DNA of 64,000 nucleotides. Origin: Takakia lepidozioides. Its lineage: Eukaryota > Plantae > Bryophyta. The stretch lies in contig CM060731.1 of the NCBI GenBank assembly GCA_030704615.1, positions 25,172,001 through 25,236,000 on the forward strand, written 5' to 3'. Shown piece by piece: positions 29,235 through 41,600 of the stretch. Each line of letters begins with the position of its first letter. Positions within the stretch are counted from its first letter, which is position 1. A model generated the notes under the pieces. It searched no databases. It was not told where the DNA came from and worked only from the letters and a program-made list of their open reading frames with translations. Both the position numbers and the translations under genes were made by a program.

Positions 29235-30191
29235 CTACACTAGAAGCTCAATAGCAAATTGCCTTACATTTTTCCTTAGATCAGCCACATGTGTCCTTTG
29301 ACTGATTTCATGTTTCCCAAACTTTGTAAACTTGTCAAATGGCAGCACAAAATATAGGTTGATATTCTTTGTTCTCATGCTCAAAATAGCCTCAAACAAC
29401 TCTACACACTTGATGGGATGGTTACGTGCCACTGTGATTTGGGACAGTGACGAAGGCAAGAGTGCTGAATCAATAGATTCTTTATTGGGGGACCTCGGCC
29501 GACAGTACGTACCATCTGTTGCAGTCCTTATGTTAGACCAATAATTGAAGATCACTTTACCTTGACAAGGTGCCATGTCACTAGTCTTGGTGTGACTTTT
29601 GCTAAGTTCTCTCATCTTGAATTTTCCTCCAGGCGCTAACCTGCTGTGACAGAGACCCTCCCACAAGTTGCCACGCATACCCCCTAATATTCCAATGCCC
29701 AATGAACCCTCGAGAAACTTGCGCACTTCGGAACGACTTGTTTCCTAGCTTATGAACCATTCTCTCCGCCACATACTTGGGGAGGCCCAATGCGTGTGCA
29801 TTGTGATGAAATTTGGATCCACCCTAAGGTGGAGGATGCGGTTGTGATGATGACAAATTATTAAGAGCCAGCTCCAACAAATCCTGCTGATTTTCTGATT
29901 ATTTTTCTAAAACATACCACGGAATGTCACCCCACCTGTGGACGCTGGCCGACACTGATGAGAACACCAACAAGAGATGCAAACACCAAATAATGTTGTA
30001 AAGCAAGTTTTCAATTAGTTCCGAACAAACACCACAATTGCCCATTTCCTTATATTTGTCCTACATGTCATAACGTTGTATTATTTCCACCGCAGGAATC
30101 TCCTTGCATATGGCTGCTCACAGCTTTCCAGCTCCGCAAGGCTGCACATGTCCATGTACATGATTTCATAGCCTTTGCGCTTGAGAACTTC
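29235..30191 (-). pseudogene. Crinkler (CRN)/RHS-type NTPase-REase C-terminal pseudogene with intron 30064-29936
   Basis: KRKGYEIMYMDMCSLAELESC...EIIQRYDM|WGDIPWYVLE; HNRILHLRVDPNF...WAS-KYVAE; FLEGS...MRGNLWEGLCHSRLAPGGKFKMREL; YCRPRSPNKESIDS..LSQITVARNHPI; LYFVLPFDKFTKF; VRQFAIEL. Confidence 0.78.
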
Positions 30192-30754
30192 CTACACCAC
30201 AACACAAAAATCTTTATTCAGACATATGCAATAGTTTAGAATGCACATTAAAATAATACAAAGCACAACAACGTCTTGTTTATTCCATAATCCGCGTCAC
30301 AAAAACTCACCCAATAAATATCCCTTTTGGGTGAAGTCACAAGCACCATCTTTGCCATGGATATGTCCCCATACTTCATTTGATTTTCCACATCACCTAC
30401 AATCAAACAACATTGCAAACAATGTGAAATCTCTATCTTTACCCACACATAATAACTAATGTTTTATGTGCATATTTTATGTATTTTGTGGGCCCCAACA
30501 GACTCGCTTGCCCGGCAAGCCCAGCTAACGTAATAGTCTTTCGATCCAGACGAACTGACGTAGGAAAAATTAATGCAGGAGGAATTGAACCTCATGGGTC
30601 TTACCGTATGCGCTGAATTGCATCAATATTCGATTACTTGAAACGAGGGAATTGAGTAGATCATTTCATTCGAAAAGGCCATTGTTTTGGTATGCACAAA
30701 CTTATGCTCGAAATTCCTCTCTTCTTACCCAAGGATGATTAAATAAAAACTGAG

Positions 30755-30994
30755 ATTTTTTGTTATTTATTTATTTATTTATAATCTCGCCATGAGGCGC
30801 CGGGCACAAAGCTCAAGGGACACTACCAAAAGGTCGGTGAGTATGTGGAGATCATTGACATGGATTTGATGAGCATGATGATGGCTCTTGTTAGTGGGAG
30901 AAGATTATACGACACCCGACAAGGTACCAGGATTCAAACGCAGAATCACTTGGGTGGCACTAAGTGCTCTATCCAATTGAGCTACCCATTGGTG
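30755..30994 (-). mobile_element. tRNA-derived SINE (~240 bp) with a (TAAA)n/A tail
   Basis: Head GGTAGCTCAATTGGATAGAGCAC (A box/D arm) ... GCGTTTGAATCC (degenerate B box); unique body; tail TATAAATAAATAAATAAATAACAAAAAA. Confidence 0.75.
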
Positions 30995-32599
30995 GTAATT
31001 AAAGATGTAATTCAACTCCAGGTATGTTTTGGAGAGAACCGGAGCATTTGGCGTCGTGTAAATTAGATAAATGCCATTGGCCACACTATTGCACGATCGA
31101 AAATAAAGTTTGTGCATCATACTACTTTAATTTTCTGTACATCATTTGATGTGGTTCTTTAAACACTCAAAATGGACAAGTATGCAAGAATAATCAATGA
31201 TCACCTCCAATCTGAAAAGGACATAAACAACCTTTTCAACGGTACCAATTAAACATAAAATGATACAAACAACTTTCTGATAGAAAGCTCATCTGATTTC
31301 AGTATACACTTCAGGCATCCAATGGACGTAATAAACCTAGTCTTGTACTTCTCCACAACAGTGACCATGTTGTCTCAACATCAAACAGTCAGCCCCCTAT
31401 GACCAGACTGTATTAGGCTGTGCATGAGCGATATGGCAATTTCTGGTGAGGCTCATATATTCTGGTAGTTAAAGACTCTAGAACCAGCTATGGGACACTT
31501 TCTTGGGAGGGCATCCAAGCACAGCCTCAAAGTTATGAAGCTACCACCATGGCAGAGACAAGTGGGATGGGACTCACAATACGCCATGCGCTTGCTCAAG
31601 AAGGAAGGAGGGAAGTTCTCCCTGGAACATATTGGCGTACAGCTCCCTGCACAGATGACACCACCTTCGGATTCCTAGTTACAACTGTTTTATATGTTTG
31701 GATTTTATGCAATCTAAAAAAATGACAAAAACAACCTTTTGGAAGCTAAATGAACATGTTTACAGTTCAGATTTTTGTGACAAGAGCAATCTTCCATAAA
31801 ATATTGGTAAGCTGATCCCCTCCCTCCCTACCTCCCCTAGCCCATTTCACTTCCCACTCCCAACCCTCCCCTAATCTCAGAATGATCGTCTTGAACTTTG
31901 TGTCGAAATGATCTTCTTTATGTGTTATTGCTGTTCAAATGTATCTCAAACAAAAGCACATGGGAGAAACACTGGACATTACAATCTTCATCTCTAAATC
32001 GCAAACTCCCGTGTAGCTCAATTTTGCATTAGCCGCCCAACCACGTTTGATCACGTGTACACAGCACACAGGTAGTGATAAAGTCACAGTGACATAGTCA
32101 GATAGACAACATTACTTGGCGCTTCATCCATACATGTTGTCATCCATTCAATCATTCTAACATTCATTCAATATTAAAAATAATAGTAGTGTGTCAACCA
32201 GAATCATCATCGGACATATGTAGTCACGTTTGGTGGGGTGCTACCTTTTCCTCTTCATTATTACATGCATCCATTAAACATTACATCATTCATCCGTCAA
32301 TATGAATAAGACGTGTATACTTCGTCTACCAACACGTGTAGTCATGTAGGCAAAGTAGTCATATCAGCAACACATCCCTCGTGGTCAACCGTATTTGCGG
32401 AGTCATGTAGTAATATAACTTTCTTTGTAGGAGTTGTGATGTGATCCAGCGCCTGTCCTCCAAGACTCTCTAGTCAGGTTCGCAGTCATGAAATCCATGA
32501 TTATCAAATAGTTGCAGTCATGAAAACATGGATATGTTGTAGTGGAAAGATCAATACAACTACACTAGAAATCAAAGTGATAGATCAATCAAGCATAAC

Positions 32600-33110
32600 T
32601 GCATGTTAGCGAGTCATGGTTGACATACGTCTCGGGGGATATAGTTCTTGTTTTCTGAATTTGTAGGAAGAATAGCATCTCAACCACGTCCCCAATCTTT
32701 TTTTCAAACATGTTTCTAATGCATTCTTGTATTGGCAGATTTCCGATCAACCTCGAAGTATCAAAATGTTTGCGAAACCACTTATCCACAGTGTTGTTGT
32801 TCTATCACACCTTTGAGAACTTTGTCTCAATTTCTTCGGCATCAATATCATGAAAAGTCTGATCGAGCTTTTGAAGATCCGGGGATATGCAAACTCCACA
32901 ATCCATCTCCTGATGAGGACTCTTGATGAGGAGTAGATTCTACTATCAAATGATTAAGAGATATTGAGCTTGTGGAACTCGGATCATACACTCTAGTAAG
33001 GTCTCTCTCATCATTAGACATATCGAGATAAAAATCAAAAGGATCGATAGAATTGGCAATGAGAGAGAGATTGCTTTCAATTCTTGGAAGACTACACGGT
33101 AACAATGAGA
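32600..33110 (-). mobile_element. Crypton-like recombinase remnant, copy 2 (N-terminal exon only)
   Basis: NTVDKWFRKHFDTSRLIGNLPIQECIRNMFEKKIGDVVEMLFFLQIQKTRTISPET aligns by eye with copy 1 (FDAWR..IADIFEMDIHQLFDLLSTFFLQMHKKDDIIYPSET). The donor AC|GTATGT falls at the same codon. Confidence 0.65.
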
Positions 33111-33212
33111 GTGTTGTAGAACAACCTTCTAGTTTGGTCCGTCAATCATGATTTCACATGAAGTTCAGCATCGACACGCGACAACGAAAAACAAGACCAA
33201 TTTCTTCCGGTA

Positions 33213-33681
33213 TACCGTAGAGGTCGCTCTATTTCGTCTTTAATTAATTCACTTTAAGAGAGAGCGAATATTTTAAAATTCTGCCCTGGGAGTAGACTAA
33301 ATATGGGAATAATCTGCACTTAAAAAGATGAACTTTGAAAACAAAAGGTAGCAATATGGTAACTCCTAAACGTCAAGTTTGCAAAACAAAATAATAATAA
33401 AAACAAAGTTTGAGACTTATTAAAAATATTTACCACTAGCCATGACTATGGCTTGGCAGAGTTATGGCTAACCACAATTATGACTTGCCACATAGAATGT
33501 CAACTTGTAAGTGAATCTTGACATGGCCCACCTAATTTAATGAAAAAAGTACCCATGGTGCCGAATTCATGAAAAATTGGATGAAGCATGAACGAAATAA
33601 TTAATATTGTCATTAAGCCTGCCGGACCTGGCGACCTGCATGTATTTAATGGTCCGTCGAAATAGAGCGGCCTCTATGGTA
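33213..33681. repeat. 24-bp inverted repeat TACCGTAGAGGTCGCTCTATTTCG / CGAAATAGAGCGGCCTCTATGGTA upstream of Crypton-like copy 2
   Basis: Arms 33213-33236 and 33658-33681 match 22/24 and enclose ~420 bp of AT-rich DNA. Confidence 0.85.
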
Positions 33682-34456
33682 CTCAGAGAGCTATTTGTGC
33701 ACACACCTTGGCTATTGTCTAATGAACTTGGCTATTCACCATTTAGCTTGGCTATACCCGATTTTGCCCCTAATCTTAACGAGTGGCTAGACGAATTCAG
33801 CTTGATTACCGGAAACGCCAGTGCCCGGACGGTTCCAGAGTACAAAAATAATCTTGAAGCAAGCGGCATCTGTACCAATAGTGGACAGGTAATGGAAACA
33901 GGTATGTAGGTGTTTCAAAAGAGCTGGCCGGTCCCAAGGAAATACAGCAGCAAGGGCTGGCAGATTTATCACTGCACTTTCCATGTTTCCAAAGTATACC
34001 ACTGATAGAAGGCAGTCCCTGTCCATCAATCTGTGGACACTGCTGCTATGAGTCATGGACAGGTAGACCAGGAACACAAAAAAGATATTCTGGCAGGAAG
34101 AAAGCCTGAACAAATCAAGACAACCACACTCTTTGTTCTCAAACAACACAAAATACACCACAACCATGTATAAAGTGTTTTCTCTGGCACAAATGAGTAG
34201 GATTAATGTTTGCACTGGCACTTGGAGCTTCCATGCTCGTAAACAAGATCTCTTATGCTCAAAACTTTGACTGGTCAGTACAATAGACTGATAATTTAAG
34301 AGCGTTTCAAGAGAGAACCCTTGACCTGATTGAGCAACACGACATCAGAAGGCAGAGACCTCAGTGCTCAAGCTTCTGCCAAAAAAATGTACTGACAACA
34401 TGTACAGATATCACAGGCAGAAAAGGGCTGTGCTGAATGCTTGCAAATGGACCCTG

Positions 34457-37400
34457 CTACTTTTTCTTGAATAGATAGTGTGACAATCCCCACTCCTCTC
34501 CATTATTGTATGCAAACATCTCAGCTACTGCAATGAAAAAGGTGCGCCAGTTGGCGATCCATAATGTGACATGAGCTTCACCATAGGTTTTTGCAAAGAT
34601 TGGCCGAATGAGCTTAATTTTGGCATCCATCTTTTTCAACCACTCCTCACTGTGGGCACAAAGAAAGTGTGTGAGGAGTCCTGAGTAATCTAGCAAGGAA
34701 GCATGGTTCGTGCCAAGCATTCATAACAGATCAAGTACCAACTGTGCTTTCAAAATGCTTAAGGCTCATGATTGGTGTATTGCTCTTCCCATCATGTAGG
34801 TGAATTCACTGAAAGCTCAACACTTCTCTTGAGCCAGTCATCCCACAGAAGGACAATGGTAAGGAAAGACCTGGTTTGCGCATAATGCTTTCCATTGACA
34901 CGCCAGTGATCGACAAGTGAAACATCTTCCTGAAACAAGCAAGCAAAACCTTTCCAAATTAGTCCAAAAAGTGGGCAACCTATCACTTCCTTCCAAATCG
35001 ATGACCCCCAGTAACTAGAACCTCAATAACCGAAGTGATTTGACAGAAAAAGCAATGGAACCAGATCTACAGGCAATCCAACTTCAACCACACATGGAAG
35101 TATACCTGGAAGTAGAGTAGCAAGGAGTCGGCAGGCATGGTTCCTCCTGTGAAGAAGGTTCGAGACATCCAATCATCCTCCCCTTGATCCTGCCAACCAG
35201 GAAAGCAGTTGTCCAGTTAGTGTCAACTAACTTGGCATATACAAGGTTCAATGGCCTGCCACAACTCCCTTTCCTACAAAATTCCTCAGAGTACCAGAGT
35301 GCTGGCATAAGAAGTACTTACAATAGTTACCTGTATGGGCAAGCAAATAGGGCATAAAATTTGACAACTGTAACTCTCAAATGTATGACCAGAATTCACA
35401 ATGAAATCTCATAGAGGCCCAGCTTGTTTGTTTCTGGAGGTGAAAGGAGATCAATGGCCACCTGGCAAAGGATAGAAAGGGAAATCTCCACTCCCTTCTG
35501 AAGGGAGTGGATACAGGTCTATTCTCGGGCTCGAGCGGGTCACCGAGCTGCGGCCAGTCTCTGGTTGATACATACCTCAAAGTGGTATGCAAACAACTTA
35601 TGTGAAAATATGTGCACAAACAAGAGGCCATCAGGTTTCATCCATGAGGAGATATTCCTCAAAAGCTTCTGATAGTTCTTCATATGCTGCAAAACACACC
35701 AATATATGTCAAATGTTGATTGAAGTTGCCAGCACCAGACATGTTGAAGTTTGATACATTTCCCAACAGTATAGATACATGAGTTTAGTGAGGGTCCATA
35801 CTAAAGGGACCGAGGACCACATTTTCTTGGATGAAGGCAGCTTCCACACAATTTCCCACTCATAGAAGAGCTAACACAGACGATCAGTTGTGCATATTAA
35901 AAAGTGCCATAATTTCATCCCCAGATGGAAAGAAAGAAAGCAAGTAACTTCGTGACATCCACTGGAAACTCAAAGAGCTTACAGTAATTGAGAGTATGGC
36001 CCTCAACAAAGACTGCAACCTAGAAGATTAAAAGACATGATCACAAACTTATAACTAGTCCCCATTGGCCTCACAAGCATAGAGAAGGAGAAGAGGGAGC
36101 AAGAGATGACCTCAAACATCTCAATAGAGAGAATCCGATCATAGGTGTTGTCAGTGTTGAAAGTGTTAATGTCACAAGTGATGACTGTGACATTTGCTAG
36201 TCCTCGCTTCCTACAGCCCAAAGCCCACCAATAGAGGTTAGGACTTCCATGTAAAATGAACTGTAATTTGGCTCCTCTACTCATCTCACTTTGGAACCAT
36301 ACTGCAAAGCAATGTGCCACCAAGAACTATTCCACAAGTACCAGGCACTTCAGTTTGTCCTAGGAGGATGCATAATTGGAAATGTGAATGCAGAATTCCA
36401 ATGTCCCTCACTCAGGTCTATGGACCAAAGGTAGACGGGAAGACAAGCCCAGATAAGACAGCCAAGACAATTATTCTGTTTAAATCACAGAATGAACTCA
36501 CAACAGCTTAAATTTACACCTCCCTAAGAGGATGTCACAACTTGAAGACGAATAGACAGCAGTGCATCAGTATAGAATCACTCACCGGCACTCCTCAGTG
36601 ATGAATTCTTTCTGTGTTTCGGAATTAGATACGCCTGTGACCTTGCTGTTTGGGTACTTTCCAGCAATGAACATTGAAAGCGAACCCCATCCACAGCCAA
36701 GATCCAACACAGTTTGTCCGTCTTCTAGTTGTGCTCTCTCAGAGTACAACTCTAGCATTGCCTCCTCAGCATCATCAAGAGAGTAGGAACTTTTTGCAAA
36801 ATATGCAGAACTGGCAAATGAGTAGTAGACTGTTAGCACGGACCCATGTGATGTGTGTCAGACACAGCATACAGGGTCAATGTCTATACAACCACAGCAG
36901 CCATTTTAAGATGAAGTGGAACAGGAGGGGATATGGAAACCAAGATTAAAGATCTATTGTGGACTTCAAATAATTGCAAAGCTCCAGAAACACAAAAATT
37001 CCAATTTAAAGTTTGGATTTTAGAGTCTCAACCTTATAGCACTCGGAAAAGGATTTTACGAGAGTAATGCGGCAGTGTAACAAATACCCTTCTAGACTTT
37101 CCATTGTGATGACAATGAGAACGCATCAGCCATGGCAGTGGTCGAATGCCCAACCTTGCGGCAGAATTTCTTGAGGACTGTCACCTCTAGAAGAAATCCT
37201 TATCTCTTGCTGGTTGCCCTGGTCTACAGATTAGAATGAGTGATGTACTTTGGGCAACTCGACCCACCCTTATCAAAGCCAATGCACTGCTGAAAATGTG
37301 AAAGAAGCTCAGGTTGCTCTAGAATTTTACCATTCCCCACTTATATACGTGGTCTGATGTGATTTAGCAAATCTGGTTTTGTTCAACATCAAGCTAAAGA

Positions 37401-38365
37401 AGCACTGAACTCTGTTACTCTCATCACACCCCTCACTCTTCTTCCCTGATCGAGGGGTTTCAACTGTTGCTAATTAAACCTCTTAATTATTGAAATTAAC
37501 TGAACTTAGGTGAATGCTTCTGATTCCAGCTGCAGCAGTTCTTGTTGGAGCTATATCTGAGCACTTGTGATTTATGCTAGCATGTACTATGTCGTGATGA
37601 CCAAATGTCACATTGCATTGCCACAATGTAAAAGAAGGTGCAGGAGAGCACCTGTACTTGAGATGCTTGCCAAGAACCAATTGATAAAATTCGCTGGGGA
37701 CCTCATAATGTTGTGTGTTGGCTTCGTTTGTGTTCACTGCTATGGGCATTTCCTTCAATGCTAGCAAACGAAGAAGTTGTATTAGCCTCAAGATTGTTCT
37801 GATTGTCTACTGGATTCGTAAAGCTTCCAGTCTACACATAGCGAGATCAACTTGAGCTTTTTAACGCGCATTTCTTCACAGAGTCAAGATTATTTCCTGG
37901 AAAGATTTCGTTGTGTTCCAAATTGATACAGTGCAAGGTCTCTCTCTCTCTCTATCTAGTGTTCCAGGAGACTCATATCAAATACAAGATACTTCTTGCG
38001 CCTCCGTCTTCCACAAAAATACAATTCTGCGACAGAGCCGTCATCTTACAACACAGTTGTGTAGAAGAGCAAGATCACCGTTTATAAATTTCGTCATTGT
38101 GCAGACAGCTCCTTGGATCTCAATTCAGCAAAGTGAAACTTTACGAAGCGATCATTAAAACAAGTGCCACTAACGTACAATAAGCAAATGTGACGAGGTG
38201 CTGCAGCTGTTCAGCGGAAGGGGCCTTGCTCAACGCTTTCAGTCGCACGGAGAGCAGCATGCGTGTGGCCCATCTCACAACTAAATCCGGCAACACATTG
38301 TATTGCAGTGCGCGTATTCCGAGCTTCAGAGCGATCTCGTAAGGGACCTTCAAAAAGGCTGCCAT
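34457..38365 (-). CDS. (S)-coclaurine N-methyltransferase-like / CFA-synthase-family SAM methyltransferase; exons 38365-38179, 37760-37652, 36810-36586, 36210-36111, 35686-35576, 35189-35106, 34929-34871, 34649-34457
   Basis: EMPIAVNTNEANTQHYEVP, LGKHLKYS, VLDLGCGWGS, SIEMFEHMKNY, DDWMSRTFFTGGTMP, HWRVNGKHYAQTSEEWL and WRTFFIAVAEMFAYNNGEEW. All junctions are GT-AG and in frame. Confidence 0.95.
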
Positions 38366-40011
38366 GGCGGAGTACAGGCCAAGCTCTAGCAATCACCTCG
38401 TTCACAGCGCAATTCCAGAAAGATAAGCAATACGACTGAGGCTCCTCTCAACGTGTTGACTACTTCAGTCTTAGATGTAACTAAGAACTAGGTAATCGCC
38501 GCGTGGAAGGCGATTACATTAAGATAATGTCCAACAACCATCACGGTTTTGCTGCTAATGCGGTCGTCAGGAAAGTGCTGTCAGTCCAAGAAGTAACCAT
38601 CGTGTCTGTGGGATCGTCAGCAGCTTGTTGGCATGTCCTCCCTGGAGATAAGGCTCTGGAAAACCGCGGCTGTCTCAGCGAAAGTTTTCCCCTCCGTGGA
38701 GCAAACTGAGGGTTCAACAGCATTTCGGGTTAGAGCTAAGTTTGAGTTTGTGGCAATGGGCTAACTGCTGTTTCCTCCTTGGCCACCGAGAACGTGGTTG
38801 TGTTAAATGGGTGGCAGTGATGGAGATGGAATGCCTGGTCAGGTTGTTGGCAATGCGGTCAAGGAGCCCTTCAGCATCCCCTGTTGAGGTTCAAGTGGGC
38901 TGTGATGATGCTTGTGGGATTTAGTCCTTTTTTTAGTGCGTCATGCATACAAATTGGCTCTTGAAACCGACAAATGGATCAAGGGCATGTAATGGAAGAT
39001 TAATCTACAACTTCCAGCGATTGTGAATACTTTGCGCCAGTGGGCTTTTCAGCATTGTCCATGCAACGTGAAGAAGAGGCCAGAATGGTCACAAGTTGCT
39101 GCGCCAGAATAGAGGAGGTATGCTGCTGGCAGGGGGAATCATAGCCGAAATTTTAGTTTTGGTCCTTCCAAATCAAAGGTCTCTGACTCTGTCTCGGTCT
39201 CCAAGGGTTTCTTGTTGGGCAAGTATGTTGAAGTACCTTCCGCCTGGGCCTCAGCACAAGTTCTTGTCAATCCACTACTGTGAAATTATCCAACAGAGCT
39301 GAACGAAGAGTGTAGCACTGAGGAAGATTCAATATTCCCATAACGGAGCTGTACATCAAAGAGTGCCATGTACCTCCTTGTGTGATGCCATCTCCAACCC
39401 ATATGTCAGTACGCAGTTGTTCGTAACAGCAATGTGTGAGCAATCCCAGGCTAATTCTCAGATCAGGCTCATGACACCCAACGACAGGCTCCAGAAGGGT
39501 TACATTCATACACAGCAATTGGTTGAGTACATTCTCTCAGACATACACAATAGCTGCAAGGCCATACCAACCAGAGTCCAATGAATGCACCCTCTCCAAG
39601 CCAGGGCCTCCAAAAACATACACACACACTGCAAAACGCAGGAGAATACACATATTCCTATTGGGAGTGAGGCTTTTGGTAGGCTGTCATATCGAGTATC
39701 CCTACCTCATGAATGTACCTTGTGCCAGATTTTGGAAAATCTGCAAGATCCTGAAGAGCTCTTCAGCAACTGAAGCTGTATTTCTGGCAGGAAAACTGGT
39801 GGTGGGTGCCGATCTGTTGCTACCAGTGCAGAATGTGATTGCTGGGGATAAGCTTCTAAGAAACCATAGTGGACAAAGACTGGAAACTGCAAGTGAAATC
39901 ATGCAGATGTATTTTAAGGCTGTTGTAAAGAGCAATTCGGGAATTGGGACACTCCTTCAAATTTAACAGTACATTCATTGACCAGATACTTTGTAAGTTT
40001 GCACCTGACCA

Positions 40012-41600
40012 TTTTTGTTTGTTTGTTTTTGGAACAGGGGACGAGCCCCTGATCTTAATTACTATTCAATTACCTGGAATAGTTGTGTTGTTGGAGAAAG
40101 AATAGTACTCATACAATTACAGAAGACTTTATTCTAATATGACAAGTGTCTATCCTGTGTTTTGGCTATTTGTGTTTTAGAAAAGTTTATAGGGGGATGT
40201 GGTGTGCAAATTTGGCAGTCTGGGCATGGCTGCAAGCTTTTATAGCAAAGGTGGCCATTGAGGAAATTTGTGCAGAAAAGCTTGAGTGACTCCATTTGGG
40301 CTTTTCCCGAGCTTGAGAAGATTTCAGTGATTCATTTCGCGGGAGAGAAGCCCTGGTGATTTCACTGGAACAGTATAATCCCAGAGATCCAATGGTGAAT
40401 TCTTTTTTTCCTATGGATGCTGGGCATCCGATCCTAAGATGGGCAGGACTCGGTTGTCCCCAATCTGCAAGGGGCTAGGCCAATTTCCAGCATCCATCAA
40501 GTGGGGCTTTGGAGCCTTTATATGATTGACAGCCTCCATCTCCTCCATATAATTCTTCCTAAGACTTCAAATCCTCCAGGGCGCACACATCAATTGTGTA
40601 TATCAGAGTGGAAAGACATTCATCTGCACAAAGTCAAAAGGAAAATTCCAAAATGTCTTTAAGACCATAAGGCTTCGACAAATCTATCCCTAACCAGTCT
40701 CTACAATTTCAGAAGCTCTTGCAACAAACATCACTGAGCATTTTCGGTTCACCAATTCAGCACTTGGTATTTCACTTTGGGTTGTCAAAGAATCCAAAAT
40801 CAATGGAAGCCCAATCTTGTTTCCTTATAATTAGGGTGACAACTGGGCCGGGGTTCTCTTGTGCACTATATGGGCCAAGATCAGAAAGACCTTCTAGAAG
40901 ATATTCGATATGTAACATCTCCAGACAGAGACTCTTAAGGCTGCTTTTCTGCATTGTCCATCTTTTGTGGACATTCACATCTGAAGCTAGAGAAAACCGA
41001 TAATGAATTCACATCTAAGAGGGGTCTATGCGACTGTGATCCCATTGATCATGAATGTTTAACTAGAGTTTTAGCAACGCTAATCGATCATCATTCATGG
41101 AGCGTGTGGTGCTCGACATTTACGGAGGAGAAGAGCCGTGTGTTTCACTGATGCAGGTGTTAATTTCGGTACAGCAGTTCAGGCCATTATTAAAGCCATG
41201 TATTTGAGCGTCATTCTCGAATAAATGTGGGCAGTGTCTCCAGGCATGTCCTGCAAATGTTGTCATCTACAATCATGGAATTTCGAGTCTGAACGTCTGA
41301 ACAGACCATCTGGTCCTGTGTAGGCCATCTCCTGGCTCAGCTATTCCAGCGTCTATGGTTTGTGCACGCTAACGTCAGGTTCGTGAACTTTCACTGCCCA
41401 TATGCCTGTTGCTGTCCCTTAAAAGTATCACATGATTTCAAAAAGGAGGCAGCCCTATTCCACCTGTCTCATGAAATTCTTCTATTTTCATGGCAGTGCG
41501 TCCAGAGTGGCTTCTGCACGTTCCTTCAGCCTCCGATAAGCAATTGATGTTGGGTTGATGCGTCTTTTGACACCCACATTCGACTAGTATAACTTCAATT
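40012..41600 (-). mobile_element. Highly decayed LINE (L1-like) 3' remnant, tentative
   Basis: On the minus strand: GGGGCTCGTCCCC followed by an A-rich tail at ~40012-40050, a C..ES..HL..GC zf-RVT-like remnant at ~40430-40480 and GGIGL at ~41450. Confidence 0.35.

Noticed and set aside
30505-30530. Helitron 3' end (GCTTGCCCGGCAAGC hairpin, then CTAA)
   Set aside because: The hairpin is short, it is not followed by T, and no matching 5' end or Helitron sequence is nearby.
30924-30994. Functional tRNA gene
   Set aside because: The anticodon and acceptor stems are imperfect and the T loop is degenerate. It is followed by a body and simple-repeat tail typical of a SINE.
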